NCBI RefSeq assembly: GCF_000315625.1
Contig: NW_005434626.1
Coordinates: 259,448 to 323,447, forward strand
Reading direction: 5' to 3'
From: Guillardia theta CCMP2712
Taxonomy: Eukaryota; Protista; Cryptophyta
DNA length: 64,000 nt
Positions 11,811 through 23,978 of this stretch are shown here, piece by piece. A model generated the notes under the pieces. That model was not told where the DNA came from, searched no databases, and saw only the letters and a program-made list of their open reading frames with translations. Position 1 is the stretch's first letter. Each line of letters opens with the position of its first letter. The translations under genes and the position numbers were made by a program.

Positions 11811-13340
11811 AGAGGAGGAGCAGGAGGAGCAGGAGGAGCAGGAGGAGCAGGAGGAGGAGGAGGAGGAGGAGGAGGAGGAGGAGGGGATAGGAAAAATGGA
11901 AGAGGGGAAAGAAGATCTACTCCCTCCGATCACCTCAGGAGGATCAAGCAAGTTAATGCGGGAGAGGTCGGATGGGTCACTCTTGCTCATCTTGGAGGTC
12001 CCGTCCTGACAGATCAAATCAACAAACACAAGTTAACACGTCAAGAGACTCAAGACATGTTCAGAACAGACACAAGTAGATGAGACGATGAGAAGGCAAC
12101 GATGACGACAAGGCAACAAATACAAGAGCACAAGAAAACATGACAACAAGAAATCACAAGAAAAAGACAGCAAGAGACAAGAGACAAGAAGTCAACAAGT
12201 CAAGAAGTCATCAGCACAACACACACAACGAGACAGCATCGCTGCATGACATCATCATCTCATCACCTGCAAGCTCATGACGCGAGCTCCTTCCTTGACT
12301 ATCAACGCCTCAGGCTCTCGGAACACTCTCCTCCCCTTGGCTGGCATGCTCTTCTTCTTGCAGTACTGGTCGTTGAACCTCCTCGCGATGTCTCGCGCGA
12401 GCTCCAAGTGCTGCCTCTGGTCTTCACCGACAGGCACGAGCTGCGCCTGGTACAGCAAGATGTCTGCGGCCATGAGGATGGGGTAGTCGAAGAGGCCGAT
12501 GGAAACAGACTCTCCCTGCTTCTTCGCCTTTTCCTTGTACTGGATCATCTTCTCCATCCAGTTCATCGGCGTCACGCAGTTCAGCAGCCAGCACAGCTCC
12601 GCATGAGCCGGCACATGGCTCTGGATGAAGACTTTGGACTTGGCGGGGTCGATGCCGGAAGCGAGGTAGAGCGCAGCAATGTCCAGCGAGGATTTCTGGA
12701 GCTCCGAGGGGACGTGCGGAGCTGTGATAGCATGGAGGTCGACGACACAGAAGTAGTTCTCATACTCGTCCTGGTTCTTCACCCACTGCCTGTCTACACG
12801 TCAGCCTCCTCCTGCTCCTGCTCCTGCTCCTCCGGTTCCTGCTCCTGCTCCTCCTCCTGGTCCTCCTCCTCCTCCTCCCCTAGAGCACTTCCTCACCGAC
12901 CCTCAGCAGCTGACCTCATGTCACTTGGCTTCCCCTTCGCGCCCTCTATTCTATCTCCATCTCTTCCTCCCTCCTTCCTCTGTCCTCCTGCCTACTGACT
13001 TCACCCTCCTCTCTCCTCCCTCCTCTCACCTGATAGCGCCCAGATAGTTTCCGAGATGTAGATTTCCAGTCGGCTGCACGCCAGACAGCACTCTCTTCCT
13101 CACAGACGACTCCTGCTTCTGCTCGTCTGTGCTGTCCACAGTCGTGGCCGTACACATCAGGCGCGCGGGACCAACTTTAGGGCCCCTCCTCAACTTGGAA
13201 GAGAACAGGAACGATGGGGAGGAGGAGGAGCGGAGAGAAACTTCGGCTCTGTGCATGAACGGTGTCCTGAAAGCAAAACATCCCGCAAGGTTCACAGCCA
13301 CAGTGCTTGCCAGCAGCCTTGAGTGTACTTTCCTCATCAT
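9765..13340 (-). CDS. trpS: Tryptophanyl-tRNA synthetase, bacterial/organellar type, with bipartite plastid-targeting presequence; multi-exon
   Basis: [22 protein letters not shown] (HIGH-type), [39 protein letters not shown] (KMSKS). Last exon [29 protein letters not shown] (TGA 9765-9767). Confidence 0.95.
10599..11039. other. Assembly gap (N run) inside a trpS intron, flanked by (GAT/CAT)n and (GAA)n repeats
   Basis: Run of N. Confidence 1.
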
Positions 13341-13583
13341 GCAGGTTGGGTTGGACAGGAAGGAAACCACTGCAAACACCTCAAAGTCAACAGGATATCT
13401 ACGTTGAAGCCCTATGTCATCCCATCCTAGATCCATCCCCCCTTTTAGGATCCCCTTCAATCACACTGATCTTCCGTGAACTTCAGTCCCCTCCCCCCTC
13501 TCCCCGTCAATCCTCTCCTACCTCTCGTTTCCATCCTCATCCCTTCGCATCTCATCGCATCTGGTACCGCTAGTCTTCTCTCA

Positions 13584-13725
13584 TGTAGTCTGATATCATA
13601 TCATATCATATCATATCATATCATCTGATATCATATCATACCATCTGATATCATATCATACCATCTGATATATCTGATATCATATCATGTCATGTCATGT
13701 CATGTCATGTCATGTCATGTCATGT
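13584..13725. repeat. Compound pentanucleotide satellite, (TATCA)n grading into (TGTCA)n
   Basis: Direct reading; lies upstream of trpS. Confidence 0.9.
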
Positions 13726-14470
13726 TTGCCCTTCTCTTTTCCTCATCTCTTGTCGGGCATCTTTGTAAGCTCATATAAAGCGGCCTCCCGAAACTTCCGT
13801 CGTTATATTTTTCCGAGACTGCAGTTTTAAAAGTTTCAACGTTTCAAAGTTTCAAAGTTTCAAGTTTCAAAACTGCCGCAGCTCTCCGGGAGCGGCCGAG
13901 GCTCTGAGAGCGGCCCACTGCCAGTCACTGCTGACTCACTCGCTGGCGGAACGGTCCTAGTCCGAGACGGCCCGGCCGGACATCGTGTGGCAGTTACTGG
14001 GCCACGTGACGGTGGCCGTGACCGTCGCCGGGGTGCCCCGGCCCGCCGCGCCGCGTTTCAACTGGCACTGTTTGAATCATGCGGCGGGGGTACCGTCTGC
14101 CTGGCTGGGAGGCTCGGACCGTCGTATCCCGACTCGGCGAAGCGGCGGTTCCAGGCTGGGCCCGGAACTTCGGAACTCCGATGCGGCCCGGCGGGCATAG
14201 TGAGTGCAATAAGATGTTACCGTACTAAGTTAAGCACTGAGCGCCGTTACTTTCAATTAAACTGAGCCTAGTACTGGCCGAGACTCAATACGCCGGGTAC
14301 AGCTCAGTGCCGGGCCCCGGGGCCCATGCGATTATTGGATTCATCAAGGCCTGAGTGTGATATCCTATGACAGTTCGTGAGTTTAATCAGAACGACTCCA
14401 GTACAGGCCTCGATCATCATCGGGATGCTAGGCAGCCAAGCTACCCGATCCCAGTGGCCTGGCAGGCTGA

Positions 14471-16823
14471 TCACGCTGGTTCCGGCAAGCTCGTCTCAGA
14501 GTCATTTGAGTCAACGGGCATCAACTCCCGAGCGCTGGTGACCAAACCTTGGAGGAAACCTCCTACATCCTCTCGCGTGCCCTCGTCCTCTGCCTCTTTC
14601 CCATCGCAGCTGCCGTTTTGTACCTCCACGCTCTCAACAGGCTGGATCTCCCAACCCTGCTTCAGAACCTCCACCGTGGTGGAACGAGCACTCTTGCTGT
14701 CGTTGTTGATGTCCGGCACCACAGCCCTCGAAGGTTTTCTGAGCTGATTGATGGTCATGACGATGCGGTTTGCTTCTGAGCAGAGGCTGAGGAAGGCCAG
14801 GGGAACGAAAGAGACAAGAATCAAGGCCATAAGGTGCTCGTGCAAAGTCTCTTCGCTGATGAAATCAAGATCGTAGAGAAACAACGACAAGGTGATGCCG
14901 ACGTTGCCGGACACTGCCAACACCTGCGCTATCCATTCGCGCAGATCAATATGAGGGACGGAAAAAAGGACCAGCAGAAGTTCGATGATCGTGAAGCCCA
15001 TCAAGAAGACCATTGGCAACATCAACAACCAGGGATAAAACAACTTGAGCCAGATGCAGTACACGTAGTACCACCAAGTCTTCTGCTTCAATGCCTGTAT
15101 CAGAATGCCGAAGCGATTCATGTACAGCCAAGATTCTTCGTGGGTTGCGCAGTCTCGGGGATGTACGAGCCACCTTCCGAGTATGACAGGAACAGTAAAG
15201 ACTCTTAATGTTGTTCTCTTGTCCCTGGCAAGACTCTTTGTGTCCTCTTTCCACTTGTTGACGGCCTCCTGCAGTGAGACACTTTCCCATGTGACCTTTC
15301 CTCTCGCTCCAAGCCTCGCCAACCACACCAATATCAGCCATCCCGCAAACACGACCATGTAGATCAAGATACCGAGCAACAAGTCAGTCAAATTTCCATA
15401 CCACATCCCGCTGGAGCAGACAATAGACAGGCCTTGAACTTGCGTGACGCAGACAGCAAGCTCCCACTTAGGGAACGGAGTCATCCTGACGTGCCCTTCC
15501 TGTCCTTGCATGCTTCTCGCCATCCGATGCTTCATGAGCTTGTTGGACATCAGACGCAAGAGGCTCACGAGCATCAATATGAGTACGCACCAGAGCAATG
15601 TATCGAGAAGCCTGCGGTCATGTGTGACAGAGGTACTCTGTTCGAAGACAGCCGTGAACCTATAGTTTAACCATTGGAGATCGCTTGAGAGTATTGCGAG
15701 GGGTTCGTCCCAAAAGGCCCCGCCCCACCCACTCATTATTCTGTCACTGTGCAGTCCGATGAGAGCGAGGAACTGCGTTTGCAGGATGAGGGGTACAACG
15801 TAGGAAGCTCCTTCGGCTGTCGGCTTGGAGCCAATGGTTTCAGCTGAGGGAGAGCTCGGAGCCAGGGAAAGAAGGTCGACAGCCGTGGTGATGGTAACAC
15901 TAGCGATAGCTACAACCGTCGTGATCGTGATCAAAGTCGCGACCGCTCTCGCGGTCTTGGGAGTCAAGGCAGGTAGATCGCTTGGCCCCTTTTTTCCTTT
16001 GGAACTCTTGCTCTTGGATCGCTTGGATGATCTTCTGCTCATCGGGACCTCGTCCCCTCGTCCTTCCCAGCATCCGGTAGCGAAGCAGTGAGCTGAAACA
16101 TCCATGGCATTCACTTGCTCGGCTGACAACTCGCAGAGGCTCAAGAGAACTTCTCTCAGCGTGTCGCAGCATATCCTCATCCCATGCCCATCAAACCCGC
16201 TCCTGAAACCTGGACAATCGTCGTCGGAGAGGCAGCCGTCCTCCATGTGAGAGGGGGTAAGAGGACAGATGTGAGAGCATCCGATGTCAGGTCTGCTCTG
16301 AAAGACATTCACATATCAACGACCTGCTCAAACCGACAGACACAATCATATCATGAACACATCGAGACAAGAAGACAATCATATCATGAACACATCGAGA
16401 CAAGAAGACAATCATATCATGAACCCGTCGAGACAAGAAGACAGTTTGTGAGTGAGACATTTGCAGCACCTGTGCGCCAAACTTTTGGCAGTACAACGAC
16501 AAGGAGCGGTGAGAGCAATCATCTGACGCATACGGATGATTTCCAATCGAGCTTAGAGAGTTTTCTGCATCTTGCATTGACTCGCAAGATCCTACTGTGA
16601 TGTTGAGACGTCCGCAATGATCTGCATTTGAATCATACACGTCTCTTGTCACTGGTGTACTTCATGTAATACCGTAAAAAGTCTTGGAGGCCTTGTAGCA
16701 AGTTCCTGCAGCTTCACAGGAGCTGAATGACGAGAGGAGGAGGAGGAGGAGGAGGAGGAAGGGGAGGAGGCGGCGGGGGAGAGTTGTTCCAGTCATCGTA
16801 GAGGTGTGCATGGAAGCGAGCAT
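14471..16823 (-). CDS. Multi-pass membrane protein: signal peptide, Cys-rich ectodomain, about 8-9 TM helices (TRP-like/receptor-like)
   Basis: Exon 1 [20 protein letters not shown] signal, Cys-rich exon 2, and a 613-aa ORF with many hydrophobic segments (PLILQTQFLAL, LQWLN, FPKWEL, RFGIL..LK...WWY). Confidence 0.75.
16342..16443. repeat. 33-bp tandem repeat x3 (ACAATCATATCATGAACACATCGAGACAAGAAG) within an intron
   Basis: Direct reading. Confidence 0.9.
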
Positions 16824-17334
16824 AAGGCGTCTGACCTTGGACTCTGTTCCAGCTTGTGGGTTCAATTTGGGACGCATCTCTCATACGCCTAGGTGGATGC
16901 CATAGCACTGGTTCTAGCATCTCCTGCTAGTTCCTAGGCTTCATAGGACTTCTTCGGCTCCGGCTGCCTGCCGGGCCAGGCCCCGGCACCCGGGTTGAAA
17001 CCGTTGAACCGGGCCGCCCGGCCGGGCAGCGCGGCGGCTGAGTCACCGGGCCCGGCGTCCGAGACGGTGAGTCGGTGCGGCTAGGCTAGAAGAAGTACCA
17101 GTGGTGATGAGATGAGATGAGATGAGATGAGATGAGATGAGATGAGATGTGATGTGATGTGATGTGATGTGATGTGATGATGACAGTGATGCGAGTCTGG
17201 TGAGCGAGGGGTCACACTCCGTGTGAGCTCATCCCTCCTCCCTGACAGTGCCCAGCCACGGTGATCCAGCCGTCGACCCGACCCCCCCCCGCCACCTCGC
17301 ACCCACGCGCGCGCGCGCGCGCGCGCGCGACGCG

Positions 17335-17434
17335 NNNNNNNNNNNNNNNNNNNNNNNNNNNNNNNNNNNNNNNNNNNNNNNNNNNNNNNNNNNNNNNNNN
17401 NNNNNNNNNNNNNNNNNNNNNNNNNNNNNNNNNN
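17335..17434. other. Assembly gap (about 100 N) next to a (CG)n tract
   Basis: Run of N. Confidence 1.
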
Positions 17435-17556
17435 CCCCCCCCCCCTTTCCCCGCCGGGACCCGGCAGCCGGGCACGGGGAAAGCAGGACGAGCCTGCGGG
17501 GCAGGCAAGAAGCAGGATGAGTATGTATGGTACATTAAAAGACTCTATCGTGTCTC

Positions 17557-20500
17557 TTAAAACCAGTTCCCGTCCTCCTTGGCAATGATCTACAGTCATA
17601 CCGTCAACTCTCCCACTGCCTCCTCCTCCTCCTATTCCTCCTCCTATTCCTTGACCCATCCGCCCCCCTCCTTCTTGCCCTCTATCTCCTCTCTCCTCCC
17701 TCCCAAGTTCCCCTCCTCCTCCTGCACTTACCTCCATCATCGTGCTGTCGTCTCTGAACTCAAACTCTCGTCCAGCCATCACCACCTGCCAGCATTCAAT
17801 ATGCTTCCTCTCTTCCACCTCCCGTTCCCTTCCTCTTGCCCCTCAACCTTCCTCCTTCCTCCTCCCCCCTTCAACCTTCCTTCTTCCTCCTCCCCCCTTC
17901 AACCTTCCTCTTTCCCCCTTCAACCTCAGTCCTTCCTCTTCGTCCTCCCCTCACACCCTAACCCCTCCCTCCCCCTACCGTGTCTCCTTGCTTGCAGCCC
18001 GCGCGAGAAAGAGACTCCTTGACGCCAGAGACCCGCAGGATGTAGAAGAATCGCTCCTCAGCCTCGGAGTAGTCGAAGTTGGTCATCTCGATCAGTCTCT
18101 GCCAAGCTTGTGAGAAAGAGAACAATGCGGGGAGGATGGGGAAGAGGATGCGGAGAGGGAGGAGGAGGAGCGAAGAGGATGGGGAGGAGTGAGGATGGGG
18201 GGGAGGGGGTGTGGAGGAGGTAGGAAAGCCAGTGGCCAGTAACGGGGAGCTGAGAACGAGCTTGCGAGACCTTGAGTCCTTGATCTGCGACTAGTTCCCA
18301 CACGCCAGGCCCGCGGCTGATGACCTGCAACAACACTTGAGGAGCAGGAGGCATGATCGGAGAAGAGAGGAGAAGAGGGGGAGGCAAGAGAGGGAAGGAA
18401 CTGGAGGGAGGAGCAGCAAAGTGGAGGAGATGAGAAGAGCAGGAAAGAGGGGGGAAGTGAATGTAGAGGAGGAGGAGAGAGGAGGAGAGAATGATGACGA
18501 GAGAGGATGAGACATGGTACCTCATGCCTTTCATGTTGCTTTCCAGCTTTCTTCTGCAAGGCATCGAATCAGATCGTTTCCTTCCTCCTCCTCCACTGCC
18601 TCCTCCTCCTCCTCCTCGATTTACTCCTGGCACTCCCCTCCTTCTATCCCTCCCTGCTATTCCCCTCCTGCTCCCCTTCTCTCTCTTCCTACTCCTCTCA
18701 CCCGCATGAGCGCCTCCTCTCTTTGGATCTCTTCCTCTGTCTTCTCTTGCAGCTCCTCGTCGAGTTCAGCAGGAGGCATCTTGTCCAACATGCTCCTCAG
18801 CCGAACCTTCTCTTGCTCGTGACAAACTGCAGGCGGCAAGTACAAGAAGCAAACCATGATGGGCATGATGTTGGTGGAGGTAGCTGCGCTGATTGCATCT
18901 GCTCCACCTGTTCAGTACACTCTCCTCCTCCTCCTCCTCCTCTTCTCAATTCTGACTGCAGCTTCTCTTCCCTCCCTACCGCCGCTCCCCTTTCCTTCCT
19001 CTTCCTCCTTCTTCTGCTTCCTGCTCCTTCTATCTCACCCCTCCTGTCCCTTTCCTCCTTTTCTTTGTCCCACTCGTATCAGCTTCACTCACCGATTCTC
19101 TTATGCCCTGCCTGTTCTTGCAACTCCTTTTGCAGCGTCGGCCATCTGCACAATAAACAAGTCGATGTCAACAATGCGATTACTTACGTGCTGTTAGATG
19201 TCAAGGTTTGAGCTGACCTTTCTCTTGCAGACGGCAAGTCCATCTTGTTGATGAGAATGACCTGGGAAACATAGAAGATGACTACAACGTCCACAGCAAT
19301 AGTTCATGTTGTCTTGGTCACGATCATCATCATCATCTTTATCCTCTCACCTGCGGTTTTGCTGCAAGTTTGGGACTGAACAACTTGAGTTCGTTCTGAA
19401 TGCAATTGAAATTCTTGATCGGGTCCTCTGCATTCGAATGGGATGTGAGGAAAAAATCAGAATGAATGAGAATGGATTCGACACATGAGAGTTGAGATTG
19501 CAGGAAGACGAGGAGTAATAACATGATGAGAGGGGGAAAGGGGACAAGAAGAAGAAGAGGAGATGATGATGATGATGATGATGATGACGATGACGATGAT
19601 GATGATGATGATGATGATGAAAGAAGAAGAGATCATGAGCGGGAAACGGATGTAAATAAGGATGAGTTGAACAGCGGAGATGAGCAAAAAGAACAACAAG
19701 AAAAGATGGATTTTCAATGACCTGACGATCCATCGATGACATGAAGAAGAATTCGGCATCTCTCAACATGGCGAAGAAATGCTTGACCGAGACCAATACC
19801 TGACATTCATATCAATAGGAACAACATGGTTACTTATGCAATCATCTTGGCATAGTCACCATCACCATCACCATCACCATCACTATCATCATCACTATCA
19901 TCATCACCATCACCATTACTAACATCACCACCACCACCGTTATCGTCGTCGTTGTCATCTTACCATTGTGAGCTCCTTCGATCAGTCCTGGAATGTCTGC
20001 AAGCACAATGCTCCTCCGCTCAGCTCCAGGAAGCTGAAAAACATGTCAGAGAGACATCAACCAGCGTGCGAGAGCTGCAGCAGTGCAACACTCTTCGTCG
20101 TTATCTCCTCTCCTCCCCTCCCTTTTCCTCTCCTCCTCTCCTCTCCTCCCTTCTCCTCTCCCCCCCTCCCCTCTGCTCTGCTCTGCTCTGCTCTGCCCTC
20201 CCCTCTCCTCCTCGCCTCTGCACTCACAACGCAGACTCCAAGATTGGGTACGATGGTGGTGAAAGGATAGTCGGCAATCTTCGGTTTGGCGTTGGTGATG
20301 GAGGCGAGGAGGCTCGACTTGCCTGAAATGAGAAGAAGAGTGAAGACGAGCAAGAACAACAGGGAGAGAGGGGGCAAGAGAAAAGGGGAGAGAAGAGGAG
20401 TGATGAGATATGAGCAAGGGGAGACTAGAGGAAGGGAGGGAGGGAGAGAAGAGTAGAGCAGTGGTGCGAGGAGGGAGAAGCAGGTACCAGCATTTGGCAT

Positions 20501-22854
20501 CCCAACAATCCCAATATCAGCGATCATTTTGAGCTATTGGTTCATCAGTGAGGAGATAGAAACTTCATGGAGAAAGTGATGGAGCAGATGAAAGGTTGTA
20601 CGAGTTCTCACTTGCAAGTCAACCCATCTTGGAGTCGCTTTTTCTCCCAGCTCTGCAAATCCTGGACATCTGGGGACATGGCAAAGGAGGTGTGAGGTTG
20701 CAAATATCATGTTGATTAAAGTGGAGGAACATAGAAACTCATCAGAGGTATTAACAAATTGAGAATGTCAACAACGACAGAATCATTTTTCACCTGTCCC
20801 TCTCTGTTCTCATCGCTAGATTCCCCCTGATGACAAACATCGTCACTTCTTGTCAGGTGAAGCCAACATGGAAAAGAGATGCAAGGTAAAGACATCTAGT
20901 GAATCGCATCACAGGAGCTTATTCATCATCACCTTCCCCCCAATCCGCCACGTGCAACTACAAGCTTTTGGCCCGGAGTTCGAAGATCGCCGATGAGAAC
21001 TCCTGGAAGAAACATCACAAGTTACAACAACAAGACATCGCAAGACGACAGCAAGTATTGCAAACAGCCAACAACACACATTTTCTATTTCACCACCATC
21101 GTCTCACCTGTTTTCGCATCTCTGACGATAGTGCCCAGAGGGACCCGAATCTTTCAGAGCCAATCTCAGAATTTCAAATTCCACTCTCATTGATCAACCT
21201 CAGTATCTGGAGCGGCGGGAGAGTCTTTTCCTTTCCCCTGTCCTCTCCTCCCGCACTCTGTCCACGTTTCTCACTTCCTCCTCCTCCCCTCCTTGTCTTT
21301 CACCCGCCACGATGTGCAAGCATGAACGAACATGCGCCAGCGTGTTGTCTCCTTCGTCGGCTACAAAGATCACGTCGCCTCCGCTGAAGGAGAAAGTCAA
21401 AAACAAGGCCAAGAATGCAAGGGTAGAACAATAACTTCCAACGCACAAAATTAAACAAGACAGGGAGGGAGGGAGAGGTGAGGTGAGGGAGGATAGTGTA
21501 ATAGTGAAGGACAGGAGGGAGACAGAAAGTGGACGGGAAGAAGAGAAGGGAGAGGAGGGAGAGGAGGGAGAGGAGGAAGCGGGAGGCGAGAGGAGGAGAG
21601 GAGGTGCGAGGCGAGAGGAGGACAAGAAGAGGGAGAAGGGAGAGCAGCGCATGTTTCCATCCCATCTTTCATCTTGACTCACTTCCCGCCGTTTCCACCA
21701 AACGGGCCTCCCATATCGACATGAGCTTCTCTCCTGAAGGCAACTTCCCCGTTCCCTCCATCTCCTCCTTTCACAAAGACCCTGTTCACATCATCGTCAT
21801 TGCCATTGCCATTGCCATCGTCATTGTCGTCTTTGAATCATCATCATTCATCATCATCATCATCATCATCATCATACATACATACATACATACATAATCA
21901 TCATCTCCATCATCATCGACAAGATGAGTCACTTAATCTTGCCTGCATTGATCGAAGAATAACCATTCACTCGCTCTCTTCCTCCACTCGTCCCACTCTT
22001 CTCCTTTCTGCGCCAACATTGGGTTCTCATCCCAATCGTAATAAACTTCGTTCAATGTCGTGTCATCCTGCAAAAGAAGGAATTCAGGAGCAAGCCCAAC
22101 AACGCAAGCACTATGAATAATTCCGCTCTTTCTCGTCTCACCTCTGATAAATCGTAGCTGAATTTCATCTTTCGGAGGTTTCCCCTGTTGCAAAACAAAC
22201 AGTGAACAGCTTACAGAGAAGATCTTCACAATGCACAAACTTTTCATCGTGGTAGAAGATTCCCTCCCGTTCCTACAACCAACTATCACACAAACTCTAC
22301 AAGAGCGTCTCACATACCACTGGCGCATCATTGAAAGGCTCCTCCTCCTTTTCAAATATTGAGTTTGAGCCTGCGATGCAAACTAAGCGTCAGATCTGGG
22401 ACAGGATCGTTTCGGGCACCTTCGAAGACATTGGGGTCTTTCTTCGAGCGCCGGGGAGGAGGGGGAGGTCGTCTGTGCATGGATACGATCAGCCATGGCA
22501 TGTGGAGGAATGAACTTGGAGCAGCAGAGGAGAAGAGGAGCAGCGTGGGACAAGTGAAAAAGGACAGAAGTGCGAGCAGGAGGGGGACAGAGGACAAGGA
22601 GGGAAGAGAGAGACCTGTTAGGATCGAGCGAGGAGCACTGGAGGTTGAGCATTCTTCCTCTTTGCCTTGATGTCATTCTCTGCCGGATAAAAGGACATCT
22701 GAACGCCGCACAAGGCAAGTCAGGTGTATTGGGGGAATATGAAAACCCTTGAGCACCTCGATATGCCTGGAGAAATCTTTGAAGCACTGTGAAGAGGATG
22801 AAGGTTGCCGACGAAGGCGAACTGCATGGACTGCAAGTCTCCTCTCAGTTGCAT
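17557..22854 (-). CDS. obgE: Obg/CgtA GTPase with N-terminal extension and C-terminal OCT-like domain (probably organellar); many exons, start uncertain
   Basis: WLFFDQCR / [32 protein letters not shown] / GGDVIFVAD (Obg fold). [40 protein letters not shown] (G1/G2), AFLRH, and INKMD (G4). C-terminal [43 protein letters not shown]. Confidence 0.9.
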
Positions 22855-23319
22855 GCCGAGTGAAGGCCCTGGTGCTATCAAGACTTTCCCTCCCCTGATC
22901 TACTTCACGACCCGACAACTCAACACACCTCCCACCCCTCCTTGCTCTTTTCCTCCTCAACGACCTTTTTCCTTGACTGTTGTGCTTGTACCTTTCATTC
23001 CCCCGTGCGCACGCCATATCTTTCCTACTCTTTGTCTCCCTCCTACATTATGAACCCCTCCTCCCCTAATCAATTCCCCCCTCTCCACCTTCCTCTTCTA
23101 CTTCCGTCACCTCCTGTCTTCCCTCTTCTGGTCTTCATCTCTGTTTCTCATACCATCCTCTTCCATACCCCTCTTCCTCCTCCTCCTCCTCCTCCTCCTC
23201 CTCCTCCTCCTCCTCCTCCTCCTCCTCTCTCCGTGTCGATCTGTTTATCTTTGTGCTTCGCAGAGACAAGGCAGCATGTCAACCTCTCTGCTACTTCATC
23301 TGCGCCAACTTCTCCTCGC

Positions 23320-23419
23320 NNNNNNNNNNNNNNNNNNNNNNNNNNNNNNNNNNNNNNNNNNNNNNNNNNNNNNNNNNNNNNNNNNNNNNNNNNNNNNNNN
23401 NNNNNNNNNNNNNNNNNNN
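23320..23419. other. Assembly gap (about 100 N)
   Basis: Run of N. Confidence 1.
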
Positions 23420-23978
23420 CCTCGACTACCACCCGGACTACCCACCTGATATATGACCCTACCCATATATTTCAGAGAGATAATACTATAAATAACCCGT
23501 AGAAAACACCCCTACCCTACAACAAGATATCAGTGACCCACCCACTCTCAATGAACATCTAACTTGGGGTGGTTCGACAGTTTTAAATTGAGGCGGGCCC
23601 ATGGAATGAAATTTCGGCAGTTCAAAATGTGGAGCACTTTCCCTGTATGGGAGGGACAGGGGAAGGGGAAGGGGGAGGAGAGGGGAGGAGAGGGGAGGAG
23701 AGGGGAGGAGAGGAGAGAATAGGAGTGCAGGACATGATAGGATATGATAGGAGAAAAGCTGATAGCCTGAAGGTTGGAGGATCATGGACACAACTGAGAA
23801 AACGAAGCAGATCGGGAGGTAGAAGACCAGTATGTGGAACGCAAGGTATGAGCACAGTAGGAGGATCAGGACATAGAAGAGCAGTAGGTGGAGGCAGCAT
23901 CAAAGACTCACGGGCCTTCAGTCCCAGACGGCATGATGACGATTTGATCCTCACGTTGCAGACATCGTGACATGCAAC

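Noticed and set aside
16342-16443. 33-bp repeats (and the 39-bp repeats at 36532) as a CRISPR array
   Set aside because: Head-to-tail with no unique spacers, no cas genes, eukaryotic context
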